IMG/VR virus record: IMGVR_UViG_3300020190_000008 | Origin: a virus | Length of the DNA: 64,000 nucleotides | Reading direction: 5' to 3' (one strand) | In this document: piece by piece, positions 10,659-22,100 of the stretch | Layout of the letters: every line of letters starts with the position of its first letter | Numbering within the stretch: position 1 is the first letter of the stretch | Program-made: the position numbers and the translations under genes | The notes under the pieces: generated by a model | Databases searched by the model: none | Told to the model about the DNA's origin: nothing | Seen by the model: the letters and a program-made list of their open reading frames with translations, nothing else

Positions 10659-11108
10659 TTAGTTTTGAATAAATTGTGGATAAAAATAATTAAATTTTTT
10701 ACCTGAAAAAATGTCAGTAAGTTCCGACAGTACACTTTTCAGCTTTGGTCGTAGGTCTACGGTATATCTGACCTTTGGGGGGTATACTTTTGCATCAAAT
10801 GACCTCTGACAAATTGTCATATTTTCTACCTTAATATAAAGGTTAAAAATTTCGTAACCTTCTGTTATGGATGTGTTTAACACTTCCGGGTTCTCCATAA
10901 TTTCATATTGGTTATCTAACATATAAACTATGGACCTCATTTTTAAATCATATTGTAGTCCATTACAAAATGACTTAATGTAATCATAGAATTGTTCTGA
11001 TTTATGTGCATTTTTGTTGAATCCTTTCACATTAAAGAATCTTTGTACAACGATGTTGTCATTACACATTAAAAGAAATTCTACTTTTGTTACTTCTTGA
11101 TTTCTCAT
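10659..11108 (-). CDS. Hypothetical protein in replication cluster
   Basis: 149-aa ORF co-oriented and tightly packed between exonuclease and helicase. Confidence 0.7.
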   Translation of the reverse strand: MRNQEVTKVEFLLMCNDNIVVQRFFNVKGFNKNAHKSEQFYDYIKSFCNGLQYDLKMRSIVYMLDNQYEIMENPEVLNTSITEGYEIFNLYIKVENMTICQRSFDAKVYPPKVRYTVDLRPKLKSVLSELTDIFSGKKFNYFYPQFIQN

Positions 11109-11112
11109 TTTT

Positions 11113-12129
11113 TTACTTTTTTATTTTGTTTTTAAAATTTGTTTTTTCTTTTCTTGATAGTTTTAAAAATGGTTTTAAAAAATTTACCCAAGCATCATCA
11201 CCCTTTGGAAGAAACTTGAAAAATCCGTCATTCATCATCATCCTAATTAGATTTCTGTGTCCTCTACCATCTGGATCCAATGACTCTGAGTAATACAGTT
11301 TTACTAATTCTTTTCCTTCGTCTGAAATAAGTGGATTAGCTAAGTCCACTATTTTTTCATTAATTGTGAAAAACTCTTCTCCAAATATCCCTTCTTTGGT
11401 TTTACCACTGAGTAAATTTTGTAAAACAACATTTCCCTTCTGCTCTAAAAGTAACTTTTCTGTTTTTGTTAAAATATCTGTATATTTTAATTCTATATCA
11501 AGTATTTCTGGGAACAATTTTATAAATGTTTTTTGACCCAAATAAAAAATACCATCAATATTATCCGAACTATCACCAGTTAATATTTTATAGGTTTTAA
11601 CATTATAATGTGGTATTTCGGATTCATAGATTTTGATTCTATCACCATTTTTATAATATCGTTTTTGCTGGGGTGAATATATTGTTACTTTTTCAGAAAT
11701 TAATTGCGTTAAATCTCTATCAGAAGAAAATATTGTTTTATCTTCATCTTCAGAAATTTGACAATAATAAGCAATTAAATCGTCGGCCTCCGATTGTTCT
11801 ACTTCCAATTGTCTTACAAACATTTCCTCTAGGTATTGTTTTACTCTATTTTTTTGAGTAATAAAAGATTGTTCTTTAAAATCGTCTTCGTCTTTTTGTT
11901 TTCGATTAAGTTTGTATTTTGGATATATAATTCTTCTTTGTGAAGAACCTGTTTCACTATCCCAACAAACAACAACTTTATTATAGTTATTTTCTTCTAA
12001 AAACCTTCTTAGTGTGTTTAAAAAATGCCAAGTACCACCAACGTGTTCCCCTTTATTAAAAAAGTTTCTAACACCGTGAAATCCAATCTTCAGAAGGTTA
12101 TTACCATCAACTAAAAGTGTCTTAGTCAT
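11113..12129 (-). CDS. 5'-3' exonuclease / flap endonuclease (T4 RNase H, PolA N-terminal-like)
   Basis: LLVDGNNLL, EADDLIA, SSDRDLTQL, LTGDSSDNIDG. Start probably MTKTLL at 12129 (ORF track gives 12141). Confidence 0.9.
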   Translation of the reverse strand: MTKTLLVDGNNLLKIGFHGVRNFFNKGEHVGGTWHFLNTLRRFLEENNYNKVVVCWDSETGSSQRRIIYPKYKLNRKQKDEDDFKEQSFITQKNRVKQYLEEMFVRQLEVEQSEADDLIAYYCQISEDEDKTIFSSDRDLTQLISEKVTIYSPQQKRYYKNGDRIKIYESEIPHYNVKTYKILTGDSSDNIDGIFYLGQKTFIKLFPEILDIELKYTDILTKTEKLLLEQKGNVVLQNLLSGKTKEGIFGEEFFTINEKIVDLANPLISDEGKELVKLYYSESLDPDGRGHRNLIRMMMNDGFFKFLPKGDDAWVNFLKPFLKLSRKEKTNFKNKIKK

Positions 12130-13144
12130 TAAATTCGTCAATAAAAGGATTTGACAATATTGGTTCTTTTTTTACGATATACTCCGAAAAGAATTCTGAA
12201 AATATCGCTTCCATAACTGGAACACAGATTGAGTTACCGGCTAAAGAAACGTGTGCTGTGTTTGATAACGAAGTTGTTAGTAGTAAATTAATATCTTGTT
12301 CTCTAACACCCATAAATCTATAACCTTCTCTTGCAGTAATGGTTCTTACTCTACCATTTTCAGTTAAAATTTGTGGTGAACCACTTGTTGTTAGACAGGG
12401 TGAACATCCATCAACAGAATAAATTCTTCTTGCTTGATCATATTTAACATCATTTCTTCTTCCGGCTAATTTACAAATTGTATGTTTTTTTGGTGTATGT
12501 GGTGTGAAAGCACAATTAATAATTAATGATTCGTCAAAATTTTGTTCAATATGAGATTTCATAGGTACTCTTGTTCTTTTATAGTTGTCAACATTCATCA
12601 TCTTTTCTTTAACCTCATCAACACTACTATTTAAAACTGACATCATAAAAACTCTTTCCCTATTCTGTGGGCAACTAAAATCAGCACCGTTAAGAACTCT
12701 CCAGTATGAACTATATCCAAGACCTCTTAAAAAATAGATGTGTTTTTGAAAGTTGTCTATGTGATTTTTTGATATTAGATTTTTAACATTTTCCATCAAT
12801 AGAAACTTTGGTCTATTAGCACTTAACAATCTTTCAACTTCAAATAATAACCCGCTTCTTGTTCCTTCTTTGATTCCTCTTTGTACACCAGAAATCGAAA
12901 TGTCCTGGCAAGGAAATGAATATGTTAATAAATCACATTCTGGAAAATTATTTTCATCAATCATTCTAATATCTCCAAGATTACCATTTGTTGTTGTGTG
13001 TAAAACATCATAACACTCATTTGCTTGTTTGAAATTGTCGCAATTTGCTACATTTTCATAATCAACACCAATATATTTAAGTGCCAGTTCTTGTGTTCCG
13101 TAACCTGAAAATAATGATACTACTTTTAATTTATTCTTGTTCAT
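12122..13144 (-). CDS. C5-cytosine DNA methyltransferase (orphan in this window)
   Basis: Motifs I SLFSGYG, IV FPCQ, VI ENV, VIII QNRERVF, X LAGNSI. Confidence 0.92.
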   Translation of the reverse strand: MNKNKLKVVSLFSGYGTQELALKYIGVDYENVANCDNFKQANECYDVLHTTTNGNLGDIRMIDENNFPECDLLTYSFPCQDISISGVQRGIKEGTRSGLLFEVERLLSANRPKFLLMENVKNLISKNHIDNFQKHIYFLRGLGYSSYWRVLNGADFSCPQNRERVFMMSVLNSSVDEVKEKMMNVDNYKRTRVPMKSHIEQNFDESLIINCAFTPHTPKKHTICKLAGRRNDVKYDQARRIYSVDGCSPCLTTSGSPQILTENGRVRTITAREGYRFMGVREQDINLLLTTSLSNTAHVSLAGNSICVPVMEAIFSEFFSEYIVKKEPILSNPFIDEFND

Positions 13145-14141
13145 AAACTTTTTCTTCTTTTAAATCAAATTCACCATCTACACCAATAATATTTTTCCAA
13201 TATTCGGCATACTCTTTTTTGTAATCTTCAATAGATTTCTTTTCTTCTGTTGCGTCTTTTCCAGGTAAAAATCCGTGTGGTGTGACAATAATTTTTCCGT
13301 CTTCAAAACCAAGTCCATTGATGTGGTTTTTCATAACAGATACTTTTGTTCTCGATGCAAATTTAACAGTTCTTTTGTCTTTTGTTGCGGTAATTTTTGT
13401 GGTTCCAGCACCTTTTTGATTTCCATATAGAAACACCAAAGATGAATTTAACCAAATTGCTTCACCACCCTTAGCCTTAATCTTTGGTTGACCAAATGGA
13501 TTGTCAGGTAATTCAACCCAAGGTTGATTAACAATAATTAATGTGTTTTCGTATTTTGAATCTGCTTTCCTTGATCCGGAAATTCTTTGGTTAATACCCA
13601 TACCAATTTTATCGGCAAGAACTGAAGCATTGTGTTGTTTACCACCTTTACCTTCATATGTCATTTTACAAGGAACTGAACCAACTGAATCCCACATAAT
13701 ACAAAGTGAATAATCTAATTCACCTTTTTCTTGTGCGTCTAATAAATCATTAATGTAATCTGTAATCTGTTCAATGTAACTAAAATTATTATTGAACAAG
13801 AAAAAACCATCCCAAGTTAATTCTCCAGTTTCTTCATCGACAACTTCTTCACATTCAAACCCCATAAGTTTCGAGTGATCAAAAGACCATTTTTGTTCTG
13901 TGATGATAAAAACTGGTAGTATTTCTTTTTTCTGAGCATCAACTGCCGTTTTTATAAGTGCAGTTGTTTTTCCCGTGTCTGAATGTCCAAGAAACATATT
14001 GATATGTCCCATAGCGGGACCTGGAAGTCCTACAGCATCCAAAAATGCTGGTCCTAAATCAAAATATCTTTGTGGTTTGTATTTTGCATCTGAAGAGAAT
14101 TTTTTCTTTAGAGTACTAAAATCTGTTTTTTTAATTGCCAT
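13131..14141 (-). CDS. recA: RecA/UvsX-like recombinase
   Basis: Walker A GHSDTGKTT, WDSVGS, IVNQ, KGGEA, KNH. Confidence 0.85.
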   Translation of the reverse strand: MAIKKTDFSTLKKKFSSDAKYKPQRYFDLGPAFLDAVGLPGPAMGHINMFLGHSDTGKTTALIKTAVDAQKKEILPVFIITEQKWSFDHSKLMGFECEEVVDEETGELTWDGFFLFNNNFSYIEQITDYINDLLDAQEKGELDYSLCIMWDSVGSVPCKMTYEGKGGKQHNASVLADKIGMGINQRISGSRKADSKYENTLIIVNQPWVELPDNPFGQPKIKAKGGEAIWLNSSLVFLYGNQKGAGTTKITATKDKRTVKFASRTKVSVMKNHINGLGFEDGKIIVTPHGFLPGKDATEEKKSIEDYKKEYAEYWKNIIGVDGEFDLKEEKVYEQE

Positions 14142-14160
14142 ATATTTTTTTTAAAAAGAT

Positions 14161-14197
14161 AAGAAAAAGTGGGTACATTGTATACCAATATACCCAC
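14161..14197 (-). terminator. Intrinsic terminator after SSB
   Basis: GTGGGTA...TACCCAC stem followed by TTTTTCTT on the minus strand. Confidence 0.6.
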
Positions 14198-14213
14198 ATA
14201 TTTTTAATTAAAT

Positions 14214-15077
14214 TTAGAATGGTAATTCTTCGTCGATTTCATCATTTGCCTGTGGGTCTTCAACCTTTGTTTGAGGTTTAGATTTACCACCCATAGAAAC
14301 TTCAACTTCTTCTGTGTTTGAATAGATGTATTTTCCAGCATCTGAATCCCATCTTGGTGTTTCACCGCGAGCGATTGCTTCTAAATATTCCGTAGGTTTT
14401 TTAGAATAAACATCTTCCCAAGTAAGTTCGTCTGCAATCCATTCTGACATTGTATCTTCATCTTCGTGAACTGGAGATGGGTCATCATACATAACTGTTT
14501 GGATAACAGTATAGAATGCTCCTTTTGGTGTTTTTGCTTTAGTTAATTCAAGAATAAGGTCTCTTCCTTTATCTGCATCAGCAACATCACCTTTTGCTTT
14601 GTAGATAGGAATAATTTTATCAAAAATTCCTTCTTGTTTGTAATTGTGTTTGAATCTCCAGAATTTAACACCATCCTGTTCGTTATCACGGTCAATAACT
14701 TTAACAATGTAAAACTTACGAGGTTTGTATTGTTTTGCAAGTTCTTTGTCTGATTCTTTACCAGTTGACATAAGAACATCATAAACTTCACTCAAAGGGG
14801 AACGTTCATTGTCGTTTTTTCCTGGATCAAAAAACTTTTGCCATTTACCATCAACCAAGATTTCATGGAACCAAACTTCCTTAAATGGTGATGAACCGTC
14901 CGATGTAGGTAGGATTCGGATTCTTTTTTGTGCTTGCTTTTCATTGTCTTTAAGTATTGCAGCAAAATACTTTTTCATTCTTTCTTCTTGAGACATTTTT
15001 GAAGTGGAAGAAGAACCACTTTGTTTTGAGCTTTCATACTGAGCCAAAACTGCATCTAAAACATTGTTTGTCGCCAT
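14214..15077 (-). CDS. Single-stranded DNA-binding protein, gp32-like
   Basis: RIRILP, KFYIVKVIDR, acidic tail ending DEELPF; adjacent to recombinase. Confidence 0.8.
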   Translation of the reverse strand: MATNNVLDAVLAQYESSKQSGSSSTSKMSQEERMKKYFAAILKDNEKQAQKRIRILPTSDGSSPFKEVWFHEILVDGKWQKFFDPGKNDNERSPLSEVYDVLMSTGKESDKELAKQYKPRKFYIVKVIDRDNEQDGVKFWRFKHNYKQEGIFDKIIPIYKAKGDVADADKGRDLILELTKAKTPKGAFYTVIQTVMYDDPSPVHEDEDTMSEWIADELTWEDVYSKKPTEYLEAIARGETPRWDSDAGKYIYSNTEEVEVSMGGKSKPQTKVEDPQANDEIDEELPF

Positions 15078-15108
15078 ATATATTATTTATTAAAAGTTTA
15101 CAATAGAA

Positions 15109-15137
15109 AATATAATTAAAATTTGTGTCGCAGTCAA
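15109..15137 (-). promoter_or_regulatory. Sigma70-like promoter for the SSB-recA-...-nrdJ block
   Basis: TTGACT-17 bp-TATATT upstream of the SSB start. Confidence 0.6.
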
Positions 15138-15147
15138 TAAGTAAAAA

Positions 15148-15174
15148 TTTAAGGTAGTATTTTTCTACCTTAAA
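15148..15174 (-). terminator. Hairpin/terminator
   Basis: TTTAAGGTAG-n7-CTACCTTAAA inverted repeat directly after the stop at 15177. Confidence 0.6.
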
Positions 15175-15176
15175 TA

Positions 15177-15857
15177 TTAGCCCATATTATTTCCTTCTTC
15201 ATCTTCATAGTCGTTAAAAGATGTTTTAACTTCTTCAGGTGAATATTCTTCAACATCATCACTAGTCAAAACATATTCGTTTTTACCAGTTTGTCTCATT
15301 TCTTCTTGTTTATCTACAAAAAAATCTGATAATTTTTGTTTAAAAGGGCCCGAATCCAAACTTCTCAATTCAAGTTTTTCTTCTGGTGTTTTTGGTCTAA
15401 ATTGGTCAAATTTAGTTTCAAGTGAATTTATTTTATTAATTAACTGATCCATTTCACCAAGTTTTGATTCTAGGTTTGAAAGTTGTGAAAATAAATTGTT
15501 AAAATATTCTTCTTGTTTGTCGGCCATAGTTTTTTGTGTGTCAACAAGATCTGTAATATCAATTTCTTCTTCTCCACCTTCTTCATCAGCCCCAATTTCT
15601 TCAACGTCTGCATCAGCTTCAACATCAACTGGTTCACCTTCTGTGGGTGGAGCTGGTGTTCCAGGTGCTGCTCCTGCTGGTGGTGGTGCTGCTCCTTCTG
15701 GTGGTGGTGCTGCTCCTGCTGGTGGTGCTTCACCTCCTGGAGGGGGTGGTGCTCCCAAATCTTCACCTGCTGGTGGTGGTGGAACTTGTTCCATAATATA
15801 TTTGTTGATACTATTGTATCTTGCAATTTCTTCAATAATTTTTTGTTCTACACTCAT
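15177..15857 (-). CDS. Pro-rich, acidic, coiled-coil protein (possible prohead core/scaffold-like)
   Basis: PPPAGAAPPP repeats, acidic tract, heptad region FSQLSNLESKLGEMDQLINKINSLE. Confidence 0.5.
   Translation of the reverse strand: MSVEQKIIEEIARYNSINKYIMEQVPPPPAGEDLGAPPPPGGEAPPAGAAPPPEGAAPPPAGAAPGTPAPPTEGEPVDVEADADVEEIGADEEGGEEEIDITDLVDTQKTMADKQEEYFNNLFSQLSNLESKLGEMDQLINKINSLETKFDQFRPKTPEEKLELRSLDSGPFKQKLSDFFVDKQEEMRQTGKNEYVLTSDDVEEYSPEEVKTSFNDYEDEEGNNMG
15650..15785 (-). repeat. Imperfect 21-nt GC-rich tandem repeat encoding (GAAPPPx)n
   Basis: gctgctcctgctggtggtggt-type units. Confidence 0.8.
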
Positions 15858-15858
15858 C

Positions 15859-16083
15859 TTATCCGTTTAATAATGTTTTTATTCCAGATTTTGTTTCGAC
15901 CTGAATTTTTTTAAATTGTTTCATTGTATTATCAACTCTTTCAATTAGACCATCTTTCATTCTAACAGTATAACAATCACCAGTATCTAAATCACATACT
16001 TCTTTAAATCCATTACCAGCGTCTTTTTCCGACATTCTTGTGTTCTTACCTAGGTAATTATCCAATATTAGTTTTGTGTTCAT
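15859..16083 (-). CDS. Hypothetical 74-aa protein
   Basis: Co-oriented ORF preceded by TATTTATA; VCDLDTGDCY motif. Confidence 0.7.
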   Translation of the reverse strand: MNTKLILDNYLGKNTRMSEKDAGNGFKEVCDLDTGDCYTVRMKDGLIERVDNTMKQFKKIQVETKSGIKTLLNG

Positions 16084-16124
16084 ATTTTTTATTTATTTAT
16101 AAATATCTATCAAAGATAAAAAAT

Positions 16125-19100
16125 TTAATTTTGTATTAAAATTGGGGTACCGCTTTGGTTGAATTCGAAATTTAATTTAAATATTTTATAATAATCTTCT
16201 CTTGTTCGGTCTGGACTACCATCACTTTTAATTGGGGTTGAGTACATCTGAAATTGTAAATAATACTTACCAACTTGATCATTAATTGGTTCTTCTAAGC
16301 ATCCAAATTGATCAAAAATTTGATTAAAAGTCATATTAAATGTTTGTCCGTCACTTGATACGTATTCTGTTCCAAGATTATATAGCCCTGTTCCAGCACA
16401 AATAGATGTTGAGGCAAGAATTATACTGACATAAAATATTTTTCTTTTGTCGGCTTCAGGATTTAAGCTAATTATTAAACCGTTTACAATTTTTCCAATA
16501 CTAGCAGGAAGTAATTTTGGTTCAAATAAGAATATCGGAATTTCAGGCTCTTGTGGTGGTTGAACAACTGGTTTTGGTTGATTAGATAAAACAAATGTAA
16601 TTGCTTCTGTAACTTTTTGTATGTATTCTTTTTTAACTTGTTCAGTTAATGATGTCCAAACATTCTTTTCGGTTGGGAACTTATTAACAATAAATTCGGC
16701 AATAGCATCAATATATGATTTTTTGTTTACTTCAGAATCTGGTGTGATACTAATAATTGGTGATCCTAAAATCTTATCTTTATATTTATCAACTAAAAAT
16801 TTTATATGCGATTCAAAATCACTAAATACCGCGAAAGGACTTTGTGTTCCGTTTGAACTCAAACAAACATAACTATTATTAAAATATTTTTTAGCTGGTT
16901 CACCGTAATTTACATTCAATGGTACCGATGAAAAATTATTATTATAATTTGAAAAACTTTCACCATTTTTACTATTAATATAAATCAATGAAAAGAACGT
17001 ATTAATAAATGCACTTACTTGTTGTGGGTTTACGCCTTGCGGTGCAAACTGATTAACAATTTCTGTTATTTTGCTATAAGCGTTTCCAACTGTTATTACA
17101 GTTTGACTTGGTGTTGTTGCTGTATAATTTGTATATGCCGAATCTAATGCTGTAGAACAATTTTGTACTTCACTTGGTTTTGGTTTATTATTTTCCTGTA
17201 CTTTATTTGTAGCGTCAGACGTTTCCTTTATTACGTTGTTTGTTTCTGTTGTCTTTTTTGCGTCTTCTTCTTTTTTGATTCTTTCTTTAATTGTTGTTAA
17301 AATATTTGTACTTAATGATTGTAATAATGAATCAATTGCTGGAATACTATAAAAAGGTTGTCTTTGACCTTCAATTGAAGTGTCAAAACCATTTTCACTA
17401 ATTCTATGACTTACATTTGTAATCATATAAGGACCACTAAACATTGGAATATGTCTAAGATTAAAATACATTGTTGGTTGTATTAACGCACAACCTAACA
17501 TATCTATTGAACATTTATAACTTCTATTTCTATAGATATTATATAATGAAACACTTTGTGAAGCACTTGTTCTGTTTCTTGATTGATTTGCCATTTGATT
17601 TAACATTTGGAGAGATTCTGCTGTTGGTTCTCCAACGTCTTGACCAATATCAATTTGTTTAAAAATTTGTTGGTTTTGTGGTCCAAAATCGACGTTAAAC
17701 CCAACAACCTTATTTGATTTGTCCCAATTTGTTTTTCCTTCTTGACTTTCAAGTAATGGATTATCACTTGCCCTTCTTAAATCAAAAGCATCATCCCTAA
17801 ATCTATAATCCGCATTTGTATTCATTGCTAAATGTTTACTGTCTACATGGGCGTACATCGCAACTATTTTAGCACCAGTTTCTCTGTAATCGACAGTTGT
17901 GTGTGTTCCAAATAGAGTTTTTGCAAATTCTAAAGTTCCTTCTGGTCTTGGGTTTGGGTTTTTAGACACATCTTGTACATTATAAAAATTAGCATATGCT
18001 GGTAAAATCCAATATGTAAATCGATTATCAGTTAATATTGTATTTACAATTCCTAGCATATTATTTGAAGGTAACCATTGACTAATCCTATCTTTCAATA
18101 AAAAGATGTCTACAAATATTTTTTGGCCTACATCTCGACTTGCTCTATCAACAAGTAAAACATCTTCAAAAAGTGTTTTACTTCTTAAATCTGCCCCAGA
18201 AATCCAAGTATCGTTTATTGTTTTAAACATATCCCATGTTTCATATCTTGATATTTCACCAAGATATTCTTTAAATTTTACACCAGTTTGATTTTGTTTA
18301 ATTGACACACTACCTAACTTGTTTCTAACAGATGTCAAAGTGTTATCTAAAATTAAATTTAAATATGTTTCACCATCTTTGATGTAACTATTCATAAGTC
18401 CAAAAAACTTATTCATCGTTAAAGTTGGGTCTTTTAATTTTTGTGTTGCGTACAATTTAATCATTGGTGCATAGAATTTTACATTGTTTTCCGTAAATTC
18501 CATATCCATATCAATGAAGAAATCTGTAATATATGAACCATTATTTGTATATTCCAATTCTGGTATTTCAGAAAAACCAACATATGTTTCTAAAGCTTTC
18601 CAAGTTTCTGGACTTTGTGTTTTAGACTGTGCAAGAGTTATTGTTCCACCTTGTGTTGGTAAAATTCCGGGTGAATTTTGTACGTATCCTGCCCAGGTAT
18701 ATGGGTCTTGAATAAAGTCTGTTGAAAATGAATAAAACATTTTTTTATCAAAATTAGAAGGATTACCGTATTTGAACACAACTTGGTAATCCATAAATGT
18801 TTCTATTGTTTTTTGAAAAGACTTTTTTTGATTTTCCGTTATTTCATTTATCAATGCTGAACCTGTTAACCCTTCTGGATTTATTGTTTTAAACATTGTC
18901 CTCATTAAACCTTGGAAGTTTTCATAAGTTTCTTCGACTGTTATTTCTTCTTCCCTTGGTTGTAAATTACTTTCAAAATCATAAACAGATTTACTAAATA
19001 ATAAAAATTGTTTTTCAAATTGGTCTAAAATTTCAGGTGTGAAGGTTGTAAACAATTCACTGATTTTTGAATATTTTGTTGAGTCACCAAAAACACCAAA

Positions 19101-22100
19101 GTTTTCTTGTTCTTCTTGATTGGTAAATATTTCTTTGATGTATTCGTCTGGTTGTGGTTTTGCAAGTTTTGAATTATCAAAATAACCATAGTTTGGTGCT
19201 TTCCAAAATAATCTTACAGCACCATTGTGAAGTGCAGGATTATTACTTATATCAATTTTCATACTACCATTACTATTAAAACATTCTTGTTTTGCTTGAT
19301 TAATATTTGAGCCAAAAGATGGTAGTGTAAATATAGATTTTTTATCTGGTGTTAACGTATAACAACTCCAAGGTAAACAAATTAAAGAACTATTTGGTGA
19401 TAGAATACCAGGTCCTTTATTTATTAAAGCACTTGTTGTTGGTATCATTCTAAAATCTTCATTTATTGCGTTTTGTATATTTGAATTTTGATATCCAGGT
19501 ATTGGTTTATTTGTAACAATGAATGGTTGTGCATTAGTTGGTGGAGAAACCACAATACCCTGAACGGGACTAATGATGTATGTTCCAGTACTTCCAGAGG
19601 TGCCAGTTAATTGTTGTATTATTGTTGTAGCGGGTGCTAAGGTTGATCCGGACAAAATTAATCCTGGTTCTAAAGCTACAAAGTTTAAAGAAACAACTTC
19701 TAATGTACTTCCGGTAACGTAGTAAGTCCCTTCAATATTTGATGTTTGACTAAATAATTTAGTTCCTTTTAAAAAAACGTGAAAATCGTCAAGTAATTTA
19801 GGATAGAACCCTGTGTTTATTATTGTTTTTTGATTAGGTCCAGAAGTGTTTACACCATCCAGAACTATATCATAATTTGTACCTTCAACTTGTATATTAT
19901 ATTGTGTGGTTGTTGATGAAAATGCCGGATCATAGTTACCAATATAATCAGTATTTTCCCAAATACCATCTAATATGTCAACACCATCAAGTTTGAATTT
20001 TTTATATCTATGCCAAATTCCACCATATTTTAAAACCCAAGCATATGGTACTTCGTGAATAGCACCAAACTTTTTTAAAGAAGGAAGTATATAACTATTT
20101 GTTGTTACAGAACCATCTGAATTGTATGTTTTATATTTATCTCTTAATGTTGCTAGTGGTAAACTATTTAAAAATAAATAGGATGCCGCTTTGTATGGTG
20201 ATTTTTCAATCAAACTATATCTAAATTCGTATAAACCTTTTTGTATTGCATTTGCAAAATATGGTGTGTTAAACATAGATGTTGTTTGTTTTGCAACAAG
20301 TTTACCATCATAATTTTCATAATACAAATTACCTTCCGTAGTGTATTGATCTTTAATTTTTCTTTCTTTGTAAAAAGTTTCTAAATTTTGTAAATTCAAT
20401 GTTTGGTCAAATACACTACTTTTGTAATTAAAATTTACAATAGGTGAAAGATTTTCTTTGTTTTTAACAAGTTTAATTGTTTTGTTATATTCTAATGTAT
20501 CGCTAGTCTTAAAAACATCAATTTTAGATTGTATTGCTTCACCATTTGCTAAATAATCTTTACACCAATCTAAATCGGTTAATGGATATAAATCAGTAAA
20601 ATCATAATCATCATTAATTACAGAACCGCCAAAATAATTTATAACTGGTTGTTCGTTTGTTAAACCAACATTTGGTAGTGCTTTATCTTCGTCTAGTATT
20701 GAACCTTTATACATAAAAAATGAAACGTCTGTATCATTTTTTAAATAAGGTGTGTTTATAATTCCACGAATAAAATTTTGCCAGGCTTGTCCTTCGCCTT
20801 GATTTGATATATGTCTTAAAAATCCTCCATAAATTGATGAATTAATATTATATTGTTTTAATTTTTGACTAATAAATGGGTTGTCATCACTTATTGCTTT
20901 TAATATATCGGTTGTTTCTGATTCACCAACATATTGTTGTATATTATTATCTTTGATACTTTTTCTATTGAACTTTGAATAGAATGAATTAACTAACATT
21001 CTTTCATATATTTCATAGAAAAATTTTACTTCTTCAGTGTTTTGATAAACATCATTACCAATTGTAAATTCAGTTGCGTTAAAACTAAATCTATTTGGTC
21101 TTTCTAAGAAATTTCCAGTAGGTCCATTATCAAATTTTGGTGGTGTTACTTGTGTGTATCCCCTTAAAAATTCTTCAACAAACTGTACTTCTGGCCAAAT
21201 TTCTGGATTATAAGCATTAAATTGAAAGGCTAAATCGTCATCGCCAGGATATGATAATACATATTTTTCTTTACCTTCTTCAAATGATTCTTTAATTATT
21301 TGTGGCCAAGGATATACTGGAGAATCGAGTTCAGAATTTTTAACATCAACACTTTGTACTGTTGTACTTGTATTAAAAACCGCTTTTTTTCGATTATCAT
21401 CATTTCTTAAATCCCAAGCTTTTGTATGAACATCATCTAACATTCGTAAAAACGCTTCACCTTGTGCAAAAAATACAGCCAAAACATTTCTAATTGTTGG
21501 TTGGAAACCTAGACCGTTTGTTGGATTTGAAAATTCGTTTTGTATGTCTTTTGTTATTTTTTCTTCAATTTCTTTCTTTTTAATATCATATTTTTCTTTG
21601 ACCTTCTTCATTAATTCAATAAAAGACTTTGGTCCTTCAAAAAATGTTAACCCTGGATATTGTCCAACATTTGAATAATCGGTAATTTCTTTATTAAGGT
21701 CATTTCGATATTTTATATATTCTTCACTAGTAGTCAAACCAGAAAAAGTTTTTCCAATTCTTTTTTTGTATGTTTCAGATATGTTAATGTCACTAATATT
21801 TACGTTTTGAAAAAATGTACCAATCTGGATTGGTATTGGTATATCTTTTCCGACAGCAGTATTTGATGTTAGTAAATTATTATAATTTTTAATTATACCA
21901 TCTAAATCTGTAATTGCTTTTGGTTTTTGTTGTGGGTCGTTAAATTCTGGTTTGTACTTATATAGAACGGTTTTTTCTTTATCATTTTTTATAAAAACAT
22001 TTTCATCATCAAACCATCTATTTTTCCAAGAATCAAGTCCAGAATAGTAATATATTTGACTTTGATACTCATTAAATTTTTCAACATAATCTTCAAGTTT

